NCBI GenBank assembly: GCA_965249575.1
Contig: OZ252244.1
Location: 2,368,001-2,432,000, forward strand
DNA: 64,000 nucleotides
From: Gemmatimonadales bacterium
GTDB lineage: Bacteria > Gemmatimonadota > Gemmatimonadetes > Gemmatimonadales > GWC2-71-9
Direction of reading: 5' to 3'
Both the position numbers and the translations under genes were made by a program. Under the pieces are notes generated by a model. It was not told the origin of the DNA. It saw only the letters and a list, made by a program, of their open reading frames with translations, and searched no databases. This document shows, piece by piece, positions 30,044 to 40,563 of this stretch. Numbering within the stretch: position 1 is the stretch's first letter; each line of letters starts with the position of its first letter.

Positions 30044-30664
30044 ATGATCTCCAGGATCCTCGCGCTCTTCGCGATGGCCGCTGTGCTGCCCGCAAGCGCC
30101 CGGCCCCAGGGCATCCCCGAAGAGAGTGCGGGCGGGCGTGGTCCGGGCCGGGGCGTGTGGATCGGCGCCGGAATCGGTGGGGGGCTGGAGAAGGTCGGTT
30201 GTGACGTGTGTCTCGGAGATTGGGACATCGCGCCGTCGGCACACGTTCGTATCGGCGGCACGATCAATCGACACCTTGGCCTGGGCCTCGAAGGAAACGG
30301 AACGCTCGAGAACGACGCGGCCGCGGGCGTGCGCGACGTCATGGTCGGTGTCGGGGCCGTTTTGTACTGGTACCCGAGCCCAGATGGTCCGCGGTATTAC
30401 ATCAAGGGTGGCTTTGGGCCCATGTTCTTCCGCGCCGAAGACTCGGACGTGCCGGCCGGGGAGGTTGCCGATCCCGCGATAACGTCGACGGCGTTCGGTG
30501 GGCATTTTGGAATCGGGTATGAGATCGGGGGCGGCCGTGTGGTGTTGGTTCCGTTTCTAAACATGTCGGCAAGTGTCTTCGGCAATCTCCACCAAGGCGA
30601 TACCCGACTGACGAACGCTGCGCTCACGTTGATCCAGTTCGGGTTGGGGGTTCGCTGGCGATAG
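30044..30664 (+). CDS. Small outer-membrane beta-barrel protein with CxxC loop
   Basis: Signal peptide, Gly-rich alternating strands, GCDVC, C-terminal QFGLGVRWR. Confidence 0.75.
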   Translation: MISRILALFAMAAVLPASARPQGIPEESAGGRGPGRGVWIGAGIGGGLEKVGCDVCLGDWDIAPSAHVRIGGTINRHLGLGLEGNGTLENDAAAGVRDVMVGVGAVLYWYPSPDGPRYYIKGGFGPMFFRAEDSDVPAGEVADPAITSTAFGGHFGIGYEIGGGRVVLVPFLNMSASVFGNLHQGDTRLTNAALTLIQFGLGVRWR

Positions 30665-31110
30665 ATCGCTCGGCAGCGCGATGGTACTCGGCGCTGTATA
30701 TCGCGCTAGCTGGATGGCTGGTGGGATGCGGCGGCTCGGTGGGTGCGGGAACCGGCCCCTCCGGCTCCCCGCCATCCTCGATCACGTTCGGCGGCGTGAT
30801 CCAGCCCCTCTTTACACAGAACTGCGCATTTGCCACCGGATGTCACGCCGGACCGAACTCCCAGGAGGGAATGGACCTGTCAGCGGGCCTGGCCTATGCG
30901 AACACCGTCAACGTGTCCTCCATGCAGGTCCCGCGCCTGGTGCGTGTCCAACCGGGCAACTCCGACTCGAGCTATCTGGTACTAAAGATCGAGGGGAGTG
31001 CGGGACTCGTCGGTGGGATGGGAACCCGGATGCCGCTCGGCGGTAGCCTGACACAGGGACAAATCGATACTGTTCGAACGTGGGTCGACGGGGGGGCTCC
31101 GAACAACTAG
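30655..31110 (+). CDS. Putative c-type cytochrome lipoprotein with CX5CH motif; start uncertain (CTG 30655)
   Basis: Hydrophobic stretch ending LVGC upstream of track start 30721; IQPLFTQNCAFATGCH, VQPGNSDSSYLVLKI, RMPLGG, RTWVDGGA resemble the planctomycete-type cytochrome c domain. Confidence 0.7.
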   Translation: MAIDRSAARWYSALYIALAGWLVGCGGSVGAGTGPSGSPPSSITFGGVIQPLFTQNCAFATGCHAGPNSQEGMDLSAGLAYANTVNVSSMQVPRLVRVQPGNSDSSYLVLKIEGSAGLVGGMGTRMPLGGSLTQGQIDTVRTWVDGGAPNN

Positions 31111-31238
31111 GGGGGGTCGGCCCCGGTTCCCGAAGGGCGGGTGAGCGGCATCACAGACCCATCTTGACGGTCCGAAACAAGTTTGTAAGGATTACGTTCT
31201 CTTGAGCCAGTCGGCTCCGCGACCCATGGAGGGTCCCC

Positions 31239-32468
31239 ATGAACCCCTCTCTCCGAACCGTTCTCATTACCATCCCGGCCGCCACGTTGGCCGTCGCTAT
31301 CGGAAGCTGCGAGAACCCGGCGAGCGTCTCGTTGCCGACCGCCCCTGGAGGCCCGAGCCGCGCTTTCTCCGCGTGGGCGCCTGGCGCCAACGACACCTGT
31401 ACCCCGGCCGACCATGACCGGTACGGAGTAGTGGGGCCGGACGGGAAGCTGTATCCGGCGTGGCATCCCGCGACGGACGGCAAAACCGGCTGTACCTTCG
31501 GCCACGAGCATGGACGTGATCCGGCGGGTTCGGACCTCTTCCTCGACGTCGGGCAGATTCCGTTCGGCTACGCCAACGAAGTGGCAGACCTGTTCGCGCC
31601 GCATGTGGGCTACAAGGTCGAGTGGGAGAATGACGTCGAAATGTCCGTCGGGCTGGGCGACGTAGGCGAATCACTGTTCCGCGTGAGCTGTGACGTGCTC
31701 GTCGAGCTCCACCAGGGCTCCGCGGGAGCGGGTGGGTTCATCAATCCATTGCACGAGCTGGTGTATCACGCGCGATGCACGGATGGAACCGAGCTGCACT
31801 TCACCAAGATCTCCACGATCGGCCATGCTGGTGAGTTCGTACGCTCATGCGATAGCGATGTACACGTCGAGGTGTCGCCGGGGCAGCCAGCAGGCGCCCC
31901 GGACGGCGGTGGCAAGCGCCGCATCCCCGACCGTCAGTGCGTTCTTCAGCACATTCTCGTGCCGGACGGCCAGAATTCGAGCTTCAGCTCGGGACTGCGG
32001 GAGAGCTGGCAGCTGTCGGAGAGTCTGCGGAGCGCCAATGGGAATAGGCTGGCTAGCGTCGGACCCTACTTCAACGTCCACAACCCCAGCCGCTATTACG
32101 ATCCCGCGAGCCCGACCCTTCTCTCGCGCCCTATCGACCTATGCTACGAAGTGCTGGCGGCCGGCGAGAGGGCACAGGGAGGGCTTTGCGAAGGCGTGAC
32201 GGACCTGATCGCGTGGGACGATCCCCGATCTCCCTTCGATGGCGCGCACCGCGACGTCGATATCAATTCGATTCGTTTGAGTAATAAGGACGGCCCGGAG
32301 GTTTGGTATACCGATGCGTTTGGCAAGAACGGAAGTCCGGAGCCTTTTGACGGGTCGATCCGGCAGTTCATTTCGAAGATGGACAACGAGGCCATTACTC
32401 CATCCGGCCCATCTGTTGGGCGTCGCCGCCACTACGGGGTGGGGGAAGGAGTGCACCCCCCGAATTAG
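31239..32468 (+). CDS. Secreted His/Cys-rich lipoprotein of unknown function
   Basis: GGAGG RBS, lipobox IGSC, motifs YPAWHP, CTFGHEHGRDP, HVGYKV, LHQGS, HELVYH. Confidence 0.8.
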   Translation: MNPSLRTVLITIPAATLAVAIGSCENPASVSLPTAPGGPSRAFSAWAPGANDTCTPADHDRYGVVGPDGKLYPAWHPATDGKTGCTFGHEHGRDPAGSDLFLDVGQIPFGYANEVADLFAPHVGYKVEWENDVEMSVGLGDVGESLFRVSCDVLVELHQGSAGAGGFINPLHELVYHARCTDGTELHFTKISTIGHAGEFVRSCDSDVHVEVSPGQPAGAPDGGGKRRIPDRQCVLQHILVPDGQNSSFSSGLRESWQLSESLRSANGNRLASVGPYFNVHNPSRYYDPASPTLLSRPIDLCYEVLAAGERAQGGLCEGVTDLIAWDDPRSPFDGAHRDVDINSIRLSNKDGPEVWYTDAFGKNGSPEPFDGSIRQFISKMDNEAITPSGPSVGRRRHYGVGEGVHPPN

Positions 32469-32487
32469 TCGGGTTTTCTCCCCGGAG

Positions 32488-33543
32488 TGCGTTTCCTGCA
32501 GTCGATCCGCACATCCGGCACCCTATCTGCTCTCGCTCGCCTCCCTGATTGCCTGTCTCCTAGCGGTGGGATGCGCCGGCGACCAAGGGCGATCGCGGGC
32601 CGGACAGCGTCCGATAGTGGTGGAGGAGTACGCTTCGGTTCCTGGCTATCTGAGGATCGGGCCGGAGCCCGAGCGCCGGATCCGCTTGACCGATCGCGGC
32701 TACACGCTTCTCCGGCCAGCCGGCACCGACAAATCGAAGGGGGTCGTGGTGTTTGTCGACCCGGGACGCTTCGACACGGCGGCGTTCTTCGATGTCACTG
32801 GAGGCTTTGACGCCCAGGCCCTGAGTCAAGGTCTGAGCGTGCTCCACATCAGTACTGGAAACCCGCTCGAATTCCTCCTTGACGAAGGCGCGCTCGACGA
32901 CGTTACGCGGCGCGTGGTGGCCATCCTCAAGCGCCAGGGTCTCGCGAGTGCGCCGCTCTTTCTGGCGGGTATGTCATTGGGTGGCACCCGGGCACTCAAG
33001 CTCACGATCTTTCTTCAGAGGCATCGCGGCCGGTATTCCATTGAGCCCGCCGCCGTTGCTGTCGTAGACGCGCCGCTCGACATGACCCGCATGTGGAATG
33101 CCATGCGCCGCGCCGGAGAGGCTCGCTTTCATCCGGCGGCAGCCGACGAAGGGCGCTGGGTCAGGTATATGCTCGAGACCAATCTGGGCGGGACACCCGG
33201 GGAGGTGCCGGACCGGTACGTGTCCTACTCGCCGTACGCCCATTCGGCTCCGGACGCCGGCAATGCAGTCCACCTACGCGACGTGGCCGTGGGTGCGTAC
33301 CACGAGCCCGATGTGAACTGGTGGATCGAGAACCGGCGGAAGAGCTACTACGACATGAACTCGATCGACCTGGCCGCCTTGATCAATACCCTGAGACTCC
33401 ACGGCAATGAGCGGGCCGAGCTGATCACGACGCATCGCCGGCGGGAGGGGTTCGCCGGCGGCTCGTCTCCACACACCTGGTCCATCGTCGATGAGACCGA
33501 TTTGGTGGACTGGTTCCTGGCCCAGGCGAAGCCGCGTCGCTAG
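32488..33543 (+). CDS. Alpha/beta hydrolase-fold lipoprotein (start uncertain)
   Basis: Lipobox AVGC, nucleophile elbow GMSLGG, C-terminal PHTWS His; track ORF 32314-33543 overlaps the upstream gene, so the true start is probably later. Confidence 0.7.
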   Translation, partial: CVSCSRSAHPAPYLLSLASLIACLLAVGCAGDQGRSRAGQRPIVVEEYASVPGYLRIGPEPERRIRLTDRGYTLLRPAGTDKSKGVVVFVDPGRFDTAAFFDVTGGFDAQALSQGLSVLHISTGNPLEFLLDEGALDDVTRRVVAILKRQGLASAPLFLAGMSLGGTRALKLTIFLQRHRGRYSIEPAAVAVVDAPLDMTRMWNAMRRAGEARFHPAAADEGRWVRYMLETNLGGTPGEVPDRYVSYSPYAHSAPDAGNAVHLRDVAVGAYHEPDVNWWIENRRKSYYDMNSIDLAALINTLRLHGNERAELITTHRRREGFAGGSSPHTWSIVDETDLVDWFLAQAKPRR

Positions 33544-33739
33544 CGCGTTATGTGATCCCAGCACATTCAATACGCGACCGAGCACTCCTGCTGCGGCGTT
33601 GCGGGAGGTGTCCGGCCATCGGCTCACTCCTCCGTCCCGCCGTGTAGATTCAAGCTGCCCTCCGCCCGATTGCGCCGACGGACGGCGTGCCCTGTCGGCG
33701 TCGAGCCATCCCCACTCGCTGGCCACCGGGAGAAAGCCC

Positions 33740-36007
33740 ATGTCGATGAGATGTCTGCTGGCCTCCGTCCTCGTCGTCCCGTCCCTATGTGTTTCGGGGG
33801 TGGTTGCGCAGGACAGCCGCGTCACCGAGTACGACGCGTACGTCAAGGGTGTTCGGATGGCCGAGCTTGCGGTCCATGAGGCTGGAGGTGCGTGGACGTT
33901 TTCCATCAGGAGGAGAACCCCGTTTTCGGTAGAGTGGGGCGAAACCGTCGTGGCCGGCCAAGAAGACGCGGCGCGCGTAGGAGCGTTGGCCCTCTGGGGA
34001 TCGATACGGGACGTCGTACCGACACTGCCGAGCTAGCTGGAGCTCACTCGACGCTGTCGGGTGGCCGAGCGCGCAGACGATCTACGTGCGGCATCGGGAA
34101 ATGGACGGGTGGGTGAGAGGGGAGACCGTATCTGCGCTGTACTGGGCGCAGAAAGATGCGTCCCGACCGATGGATCTCGTATTCGATTCAAAAGACGAAT
34201 TCGTCGCGGCGATCGACGTGAGCGCCAACATCGTGCTTGTTCGGCGCGGGTATGAGGAATTCACAACGGTGGCGCGTTGGAACAAGGCGTCGGTCTCCCA
34301 GGCAAAGTACGGCGTTAAGAAACTCGGCATGTTCCGCGTGCGGGGCGACGACGGGGTCGGTCTCTCCACACTCGTGTATCTGCCGGATGGTGAGACCGGT
34401 GGGCCGTTTCCCACGATTCTCATCCGTACGCCCTACGGCATCAGCAACCTGATCGACTCCTATTGGCACTATGCCGCGCGGGGCTACGCCCTCGTGTTTC
34501 AGGCCGCCCGCGGACAGGCGTACTGGGACACTGAGGGCCAGTCCGAAGGGACCTGGGACCCGTTGATCAACGAACCTCGGGACGGAGCCCGGGCACTCGA
34601 GTGGATTACGGAGCAGGAATGGTCGGACGGCGGCATCTGCATGCAGGGCGGGTCGTACGTTGGGTACACACAGTGGGCCGCAACGATGGCGGGGAATCCG
34701 GCACTCAAGTGCATCATTCCAGAGAGCTCGATGGGAACGACATTCAGCGACCAGCCATACATGGGCGGCGGATTCCTCGAGGGCCTGGCGTATTACGTCT
34801 TCTGGATGCTGGATCTCCCAATCCTGCCTGATCGCCTGTGGTCCGACATCCTCCATTACCGGCCGCTGATCGACCTGGACGAGTACGCCACGGGAAAGGA
34901 CGTACCCCAGTGGAATGCGTTCTTGGAACATTGGTCGAACGACGAGTATTGGCGCGTGCAGGACTGGTATCGCGCCGACGTCGAACGCCGCTTTGGGGCG
35001 TTACAGATCAGCGGTTGGTTTGACGACGATTTCGCCGGCACTGAAAGCAACTGGGCGCTGGTCCAGCGGACGAGCCCGACTCCCCAACGCCTCATCGTCG
35101 GTCCCTGGAAGCATGGCTATAACGTCGACCGGATGCTGAACGAGTTCAGTTTCGGACCAAACGCGTTGCGGGACGACATCTGGCTCCTCAAGCAAAAGTG
35201 GTACGATCACTTCCTGAAGGGTATCGACAATGGCGTCACCGACCGCAGCGTCGAGTACTTCGTGCTCGGCACGAACCAGTGGCGAACGGCGTCACGCTGG
35301 CCTCCGGAAGAGGCCGTTTCTCAAAAGTGGTATCTGAACAGCGGTGGCAGGGCTCATCGAACCTCCACTGACGGGTCGCTCAGCCGCGCGGAACCCACTG
35401 GGCGGGGTGTGCCCGACGTGTACCGCTACGATCCACAGGATCCGCCTCCCAACTGGATGAGCTTCGATCGAATGATGCGCTGGGAGGACGTGCAGACCTT
35501 CCCGTACGACTTCAAGGACATCGAGGATCGCCACGACGTGGTGGTTTTCACCTCGGAGCCCCTCGACGAAGACCTTACCGCGGCCGGGAAGATCATGGCG
35601 GCCCTGTACGCGTCCACCGATGTGCGCGACACGGACTGGTGGGTGCACGTCTCCGATGTCAATCCGGACGGTCGATCTGTTCGCCTCACGGTGGGGATGC
35701 TGCGGGCGCGTTTCCGGGACCTCGAGGATCCGGTAAACCAAATCGTCGGTTCGAGACGGAGCAACTGCTGTCCGGAAATCTGGAGGATGTCGTCCGGTAC
35801 GAAATCAGTATCCCGTCGATCGCGAACACTTTCAAGAAGGGACACCGGATTCGTATCGCGGTCATGAACGCGCTCGACAAATACCTCTTTCCGAACTCGA
35901 ACACCGGGGAGCACGAGGCATACGTAGATACGACCGTCGTTGGGACCATGAGAATTCATCACAGCGGCGAGTACCCGAGCCACGTCGTCCTCCCGATCCT
36001 CCCCTAG
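33740..36007 (+). pseudogene. Secreted CocE/NonD family serine hydrolase with two frameshifts (near 34030 and 35755)
   Basis: Signal peptide, ILIRTPYG, GGSYVG, GWFDD, VGPWKHG; third frame IANTFKKGHRIRIAV...YPSHVVLPIL. Confidence 0.85.
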
Positions 36008-36085
36008 GCGCCATTTGAGGAAGGCCGCCGTCTCCCGGCAGGCGTCTGGCACGTCATCCCTGGCTGCGTCTCGAACAAGTTCAAA

Positions 36086-37650
36086 GTGAACCGGGACGCC
36101 ATGACGGACCGCATGCGAGACCGGTCCGACGATTGGGACATCATCGTGATCGGCGGCGGGGCGACCGGCATGGGCATCGCGGTCGATGCTGCCTCCCGCG
36201 GGTTCGGCGTGCTGTTGGTCGAACAGGCGGATTTCGGGAAGGGGACTTCCACTCGTTCCACCAAGCTCATACATGGCGGCGTCCGATACCTGCAACAGGG
36301 CAACGTGTCGTTGGTAATGGAGGCGCCGAAGGAGCGTGGCATGCTCCTCGAGAATGCGCCTCATCTCGTGTCCGACCTGGCATTCGTGGTGCCCAACTAC
36401 GAATGGTGGGAAGCTCCATTCTACGGTGTGGGCATGAAGGTGTACGACGTTCTGGCAGGGCGGTACCGGTTTGGCCGTTCTCAAGACCTGTCGGTCGAGG
36501 AAACGATCGTGCGGCTACCGAACATCGAGCGGGATGGCCTTCGGGGTGGCGTGCTGTACCATGACGGCCAGTTCGACGACGCGCGCCTACTGGTGAACCT
36601 CGCGTAAACCGCCTTCGAGCAGGGGGCGACGATCGTCAACTATGTCCGGGTCGCTGACATCCTGAAAGACGGCGCGGGATTCGTGGCTGGGGTGCGGGTA
36701 GTTGATATGGAGTGCGGAGAGGAGCGCGAGGTGCGGGGACGGGTCGTCATCAATGCCACGGGCCCGTTCACGGACTCGGTCCGTCGACTGGACGACCCCG
36801 CTGCACCGTCGATCATTCAGCCCAGCCAGGGAGTGCATCTCACGCTCGACCGCTCGTTCCTCGCCGGTGACTCGGCGATCATGGTGCCGCGTACATCCGA
36901 CGGTCGCGTGATGTTCGCCGTCCCCTGGCACGACCACGTCATCGTCGGGACGACCGATACGCCGCTCGATCAAGTCGCGCTGGAGCCCAGAGCCGCGCCC
37001 GACGAGATCGATTTCATCTTAGAAACAGCGGTGCAATACCTCATCCGCGATCCGACACGCGAGGAGGTGCTGTCGGTGTTCGCGGGTATCCGTCCCCTCG
37101 TACGAACGGGAGACGGGGGAACCACAACCACACACTCTCGCGGGAACACAGCATCGAGGTCTCGGCATCTGGTCTCCTGACGATCGCGGGCGGCAAGTGG
37201 ACCACATACCGCAACATGGCGGAAGACTGCGTGGACCACGCGATAACGGTCGGAGATCTCGAGGACCGCCCATGCCTCACGAGATCGCTGCGCATTCACG
37301 GGCACCTTCACGACGCGAGCCGGTTCGGCGATCTGGCTTGGTATGGGTCAGACGCCACCGCGGTGCGGCCGCTCATCGAGTCGGAAGAGCGTTTCAGTCG
37401 GCGCCTGCACCCCGCCCTCCCGTACCGGGGCGGCGAGGTCGTATGGTCCGCCCGGCGGGAGATGGCTCGTACGGTGGACGACTACTTGTCCCGCCGGAGC
37501 CGGGCAACGTTTCTGAACGCACGGGCCGCCATCGCGATGGCGCCGGCCGTGGCCCGGCTCCTGGCCGAGACCCTCGGTCGGGATGATCCCTGGGCGGCCG
37601 ACCAGGTAACGGAATACGAGGGGATAGCCGAGGGTTACCTCGCACATTGA
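36086..37650 (+). pseudogene. glpD: FAD-dependent glycerol-3-phosphate dehydrogenase with in-frame TAA (36605-36607) and frameshift near 37140
   Basis: IIVIGGGATG, DFGKGTSTRSTKLIHGGVRYL, DGQFDDARL, VINATGPF, VGTTD, FAGIRPL, GGKWTTYR. Confidence 0.9.
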
Positions 37651-37790
37651 ATGGCTGCCGGTTGGAGCCGGTCCGGCAGGTTGACGGGGGGTGACTCGGA
37701 GCCCCTCTTATACGGATGGATCGCACGTTTAGCGTGCCTGGATCTCATGGAACTACTCGATCCGAGACGACCCTTTTGGAGGAAGTCATC

Positions 37791-39740
37791 ATGTTACGCA
37801 GCGTTCTAGCCATATCGCTGCTGCTGGCCGCTGGGCCGCTGGCGGCACAGGAGTACGAGCCGGTTTCAATCGACGAGCTCCAGTCGATCGGGTCCGTCAT
37901 AGGGGGACGTGACGCACCCCTGTGGGCCCCTGATGGCTCGGGCATTCTCTTCCTGAGCGGGCTCGATGGGGGGCTCTGGACGATTGATCCGGATAACGGA
38001 GTACAGACCCGTGTCGCTCAGGGGTTGGCACGGGGCGTGTTCTCGCGCGCCACGCTGCGCTTCCGGTGGTCCCCTGATGGACGACACATCGCCTTTGTTC
38101 GGTCGGCCGGCGAAGCTTCGGAGATCTTTCTCTGGAACGTTGCCGAGGGATCGCAACGGCAGCTGACGAACCTAGGCGCGCGGGTGATGGCGTACAGCTT
38201 CTCCCCCGACGGCCGCGCGATCGCGTTCTCCAGCAACCGGTACGGCAGTCACGATATCTGGACCGTGTCGGTTGCCGACGGCCGCGCAAAGAGGCTCACC
38301 GCCGACATGCGGGAGGACGTTTTCCCCTCGTGGACTCCGGACGGCGGTAAGATCATCTACACCCGCCTCGACGAAGCTTGGGTGGATCACGACGTGTTCG
38401 AGATCCCGGCAGCAGGGGGCACTTCCAAGCTGATCCTGTCCGACAAAGACTACTTCGACTACCGCAACGGAGCCTCCTTCGGATTCGTCCAGGCTTCGCC
38501 GGATGGCAAGACGCTCATGTTCCGATCCCAGCGAAGCGGATGGGCACACTACTGGATCGTGCCGGTCGGCGGTGGGACGCCAAGGCAGATCGCGTCCGAG
38601 GAGGCGGACCAGAGCGAGGCGCGGTGGTCGCCTGACGGTCGACACGTTCTGTTCCTCTCGATCTCGCACGGCACGCAGAGTCTCAAAGTCGTGCCGGCGA
38701 GTGGTGGCCGTTCCGCTACGCTTTTCTCGCCAACCACGGGAACCGTGTCGGGCGCCGAGTGGTCCCCGGACAGCCGCCGCATCTCCTACAAGCTTGGCAC
38801 ACCGACGTCGGCAGCGGACCTCTATGTCGTCGCGGCTGGAGGCGGAACGCCCAAACAGCTGACGTTCTCAGGGCCGGGTGGGGGCCTCGCTTCGAGACTC
38901 ATCAAGCCCGAGAAGGTGAGCTGGGTGAACGAGGGATACACGATCAATGCGTATCTGTATAAGCCCCAGCACCTCAGGGCGGGGGAGCGGGCCCCGGTGA
39001 TCATGCTAGTCCACGGTGGCCCGACCGGGCAGTTCCGAGACAACTTCCAGATTCAGCCGCAGTACTTCGCCAGCCGTGGCTACGCCGTTCTCGCGCCGAA
39101 CGTTCGCGGCAGCTCGGGATACGGCAAGGCGTTCGAGGATGCCAACAATCGTGACTGGGGCCACGGCGACCTGCGCGACGTGGTTGCAGGCGTCGAGTGG
39201 ATCAAGCGCCAGCCCTACGTGAATCCGGACAAGATCGGCATCACCGGAATCAGCTACGGCGGTATGCTCACAATGTACGCGATCGCGCACGCCCCGGGGG
39301 TATTTCAGGCGGCAATCTCCGGGTCGGGATACGGCGACGTGCGTGAATTCCATACGAAGGTGCTGGTCCACCAGCATGCTCAGCTCCTGAGTTACGAGCT
39401 CGGCAAGTGGCCCTCGACACCTGAGGTCGACTCGATCTACCGCCGCAGCTCGTCGATTCTGAAGGCCAAAGACGTGACCACGCCCACCATGTTCATTCAC
39501 GGCTACGGGTTGAACCGCTACGACAAGCATCTGCCGGCGCTCAGGTTCGCGGAGGAGCTGAGCCGGTTCAACAAGGTCGTGCGATACAAGAAGTACCCTA
39601 ACGAGACGTACTACGTGTACGGGAAGGAGAATGTCAAACAGGTGCTGACGGACATGCTCGCGTTCTTCGATCAGTTCCTGAAGGATGGTGCCACAGCGGC
39701 GCCGGAGCTGGCCGCGAGCCGCGGACCCGACGGAAGGTAG
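37791..39740 (+). CDS. Secreted S9 (prolyl oligopeptidase/acylaminoacyl peptidase) family protein with TolB-like propeller
   Basis: GGAGGA RBS, signal peptide, repeated WSPDG motifs, VHGGP, NVRGSSGYG, GISYGG. Confidence 0.9.
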   Translation: MLRSVLAISLLLAAGPLAAQEYEPVSIDELQSIGSVIGGRDAPLWAPDGSGILFLSGLDGGLWTIDPDNGVQTRVAQGLARGVFSRATLRFRWSPDGRHIAFVRSAGEASEIFLWNVAEGSQRQLTNLGARVMAYSFSPDGRAIAFSSNRYGSHDIWTVSVADGRAKRLTADMREDVFPSWTPDGGKIIYTRLDEAWVDHDVFEIPAAGGTSKLILSDKDYFDYRNGASFGFVQASPDGKTLMFRSQRSGWAHYWIVPVGGGTPRQIASEEADQSEARWSPDGRHVLFLSISHGTQSLKVVPASGGRSATLFSPTTGTVSGAEWSPDSRRISYKLGTPTSAADLYVVAAGGGTPKQLTFSGPGGGLASRLIKPEKVSWVNEGYTINAYLYKPQHLRAGERAPVIMLVHGGPTGQFRDNFQIQPQYFASRGYAVLAPNVRGSSGYGKAFEDANNRDWGHGDLRDVVAGVEWIKRQPYVNPDKIGITGISYGGMLTMYAIAHAPGVFQAAISGSGYGDVREFHTKVLVHQHAQLLSYELGKWPSTPEVDSIYRRSSSILKAKDVTTPTMFIHGYGLNRYDKHLPALRFAEELSRFNKVVRYKKYPNETYYVYGKENVKQVLTDMLAFFDQFLKDGATAAPELAASRGPDGR

Positions 39741-39774
39741 TGGCGTAGGGCGGTAGTAAGCGTATCAGGCGAGC

Positions 39775-39814
39775 ACGGCGATCTCCGGACTGCACACCCG
39801 GAGATCGCCGTTTT
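39775..39814 (+). terminator. Intrinsic terminator
   Basis: 14-bp stem ACGGCGATCTCCGG/CCGGAGATCGCCGT running into a T-tract, between convergent genes. Confidence 0.75.
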
Positions 39815-39841
39815 ACAGCTCGCGGCGGGAGCTGTCGCCGA

Positions 39842-40075
39842 TCAGTCCTTGAACGGCGAAGGCCTCGAATGGGTCGATGGGGGCGGCGCGCGATCCAAAA
39901 GGCGCTGCAGTTCTTCCGTGCTCAATTCAAACGGATCGGCCTCGTATCCGGGTGCCGGTGCCGACCGGGCCGGCCCAGGGTTTCCGGCGACAGGTTCGAG
40001 GTTCCAGTCCGCCCGCGTACGGGGCCGGACTTCCCAGCTGTGGCCATCACGGTCGACGAATTTGCGGTAACCCAC
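39842..40075 (-). CDS. Small hypothetical protein
   Basis: 77 aa with GAGG RBS; GYRKFVDRDGHSWEV...ELSTEELQRLLDRA. Confidence 0.7.
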   Translation of the reverse strand: MGYRKFVDRDGHSWEVRPRTRADWNLEPVAGNPGPARSAPAPGYEADPFELSTEELQRLLDRAPPPSTHSRPSPFKD

Positions 40076-40269
40076 TGCGTGGACCTCGATCTCGGGCGAT
40101 GTGCCTCGCGGAACCTACCCGATGACCGATGGTGCGCCAGAGGTGCTGTGGTCGTGGCAACCGACAGCTTGGGTTGCCCGCCTGCGGGGGTCGCCAAACG
40201 AGGATTCGAGCGTTCATTGAGCTTGAGCGGCAATTCCCTGCACACGTCCAGTAGGCCTTGGGGGAAACA

Positions 40270-40531
40270 ATGAAGAGCGTGACCTGGAAGTGCCTTTGCC
40301 TCGCTGTCATTCGTGCTGGTTGCTTCGTTCTCCTGCGGCGGGGCAGTGGCCGACTGCGTGCAAAACTACTTCGACGGTACCTCACAGCGGCAGAGCGAGT
40401 ATACGCAGGGAGAATGCGAGGCGCGGTGCGCCGAAGCGGCCGAATTGGCCCCAACCGCGCTCACAACCTGTTTCTGGACCGGCCGGGTAGCGCTTCCCAG
40501 CGAGCCTACGGTCACGCTGGAAGGAGACTGA
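40270..40531 (+). CDS. Small Cys-rich lipoprotein, probable frameshift near 40297
   Basis: GGGGG RBS, MKSVTWKCL, then +1 frame ASLSFVLVASFSC-GGAVADC...CEARC...TC. Confidence 0.45.
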
Positions 40532-40563
40532 ATCGAAGCCTTGCGGCTTTGGTGCGTCCCGCC

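Noticed and set aside
33550..33567. CRP-like site ATGTG-N7-CACAT upstream of the CocE gene
   Set aside because: Spacing does not fit TGTGA-N6-TCACA and the arms are only 5 bp
40130..40140. att-site duplication of the tRNA-Arg(CCG) 3' end
   Set aside because: Only 9 nt match the genomic tRNA end, expected by chance in high-GC DNA; no integrase present
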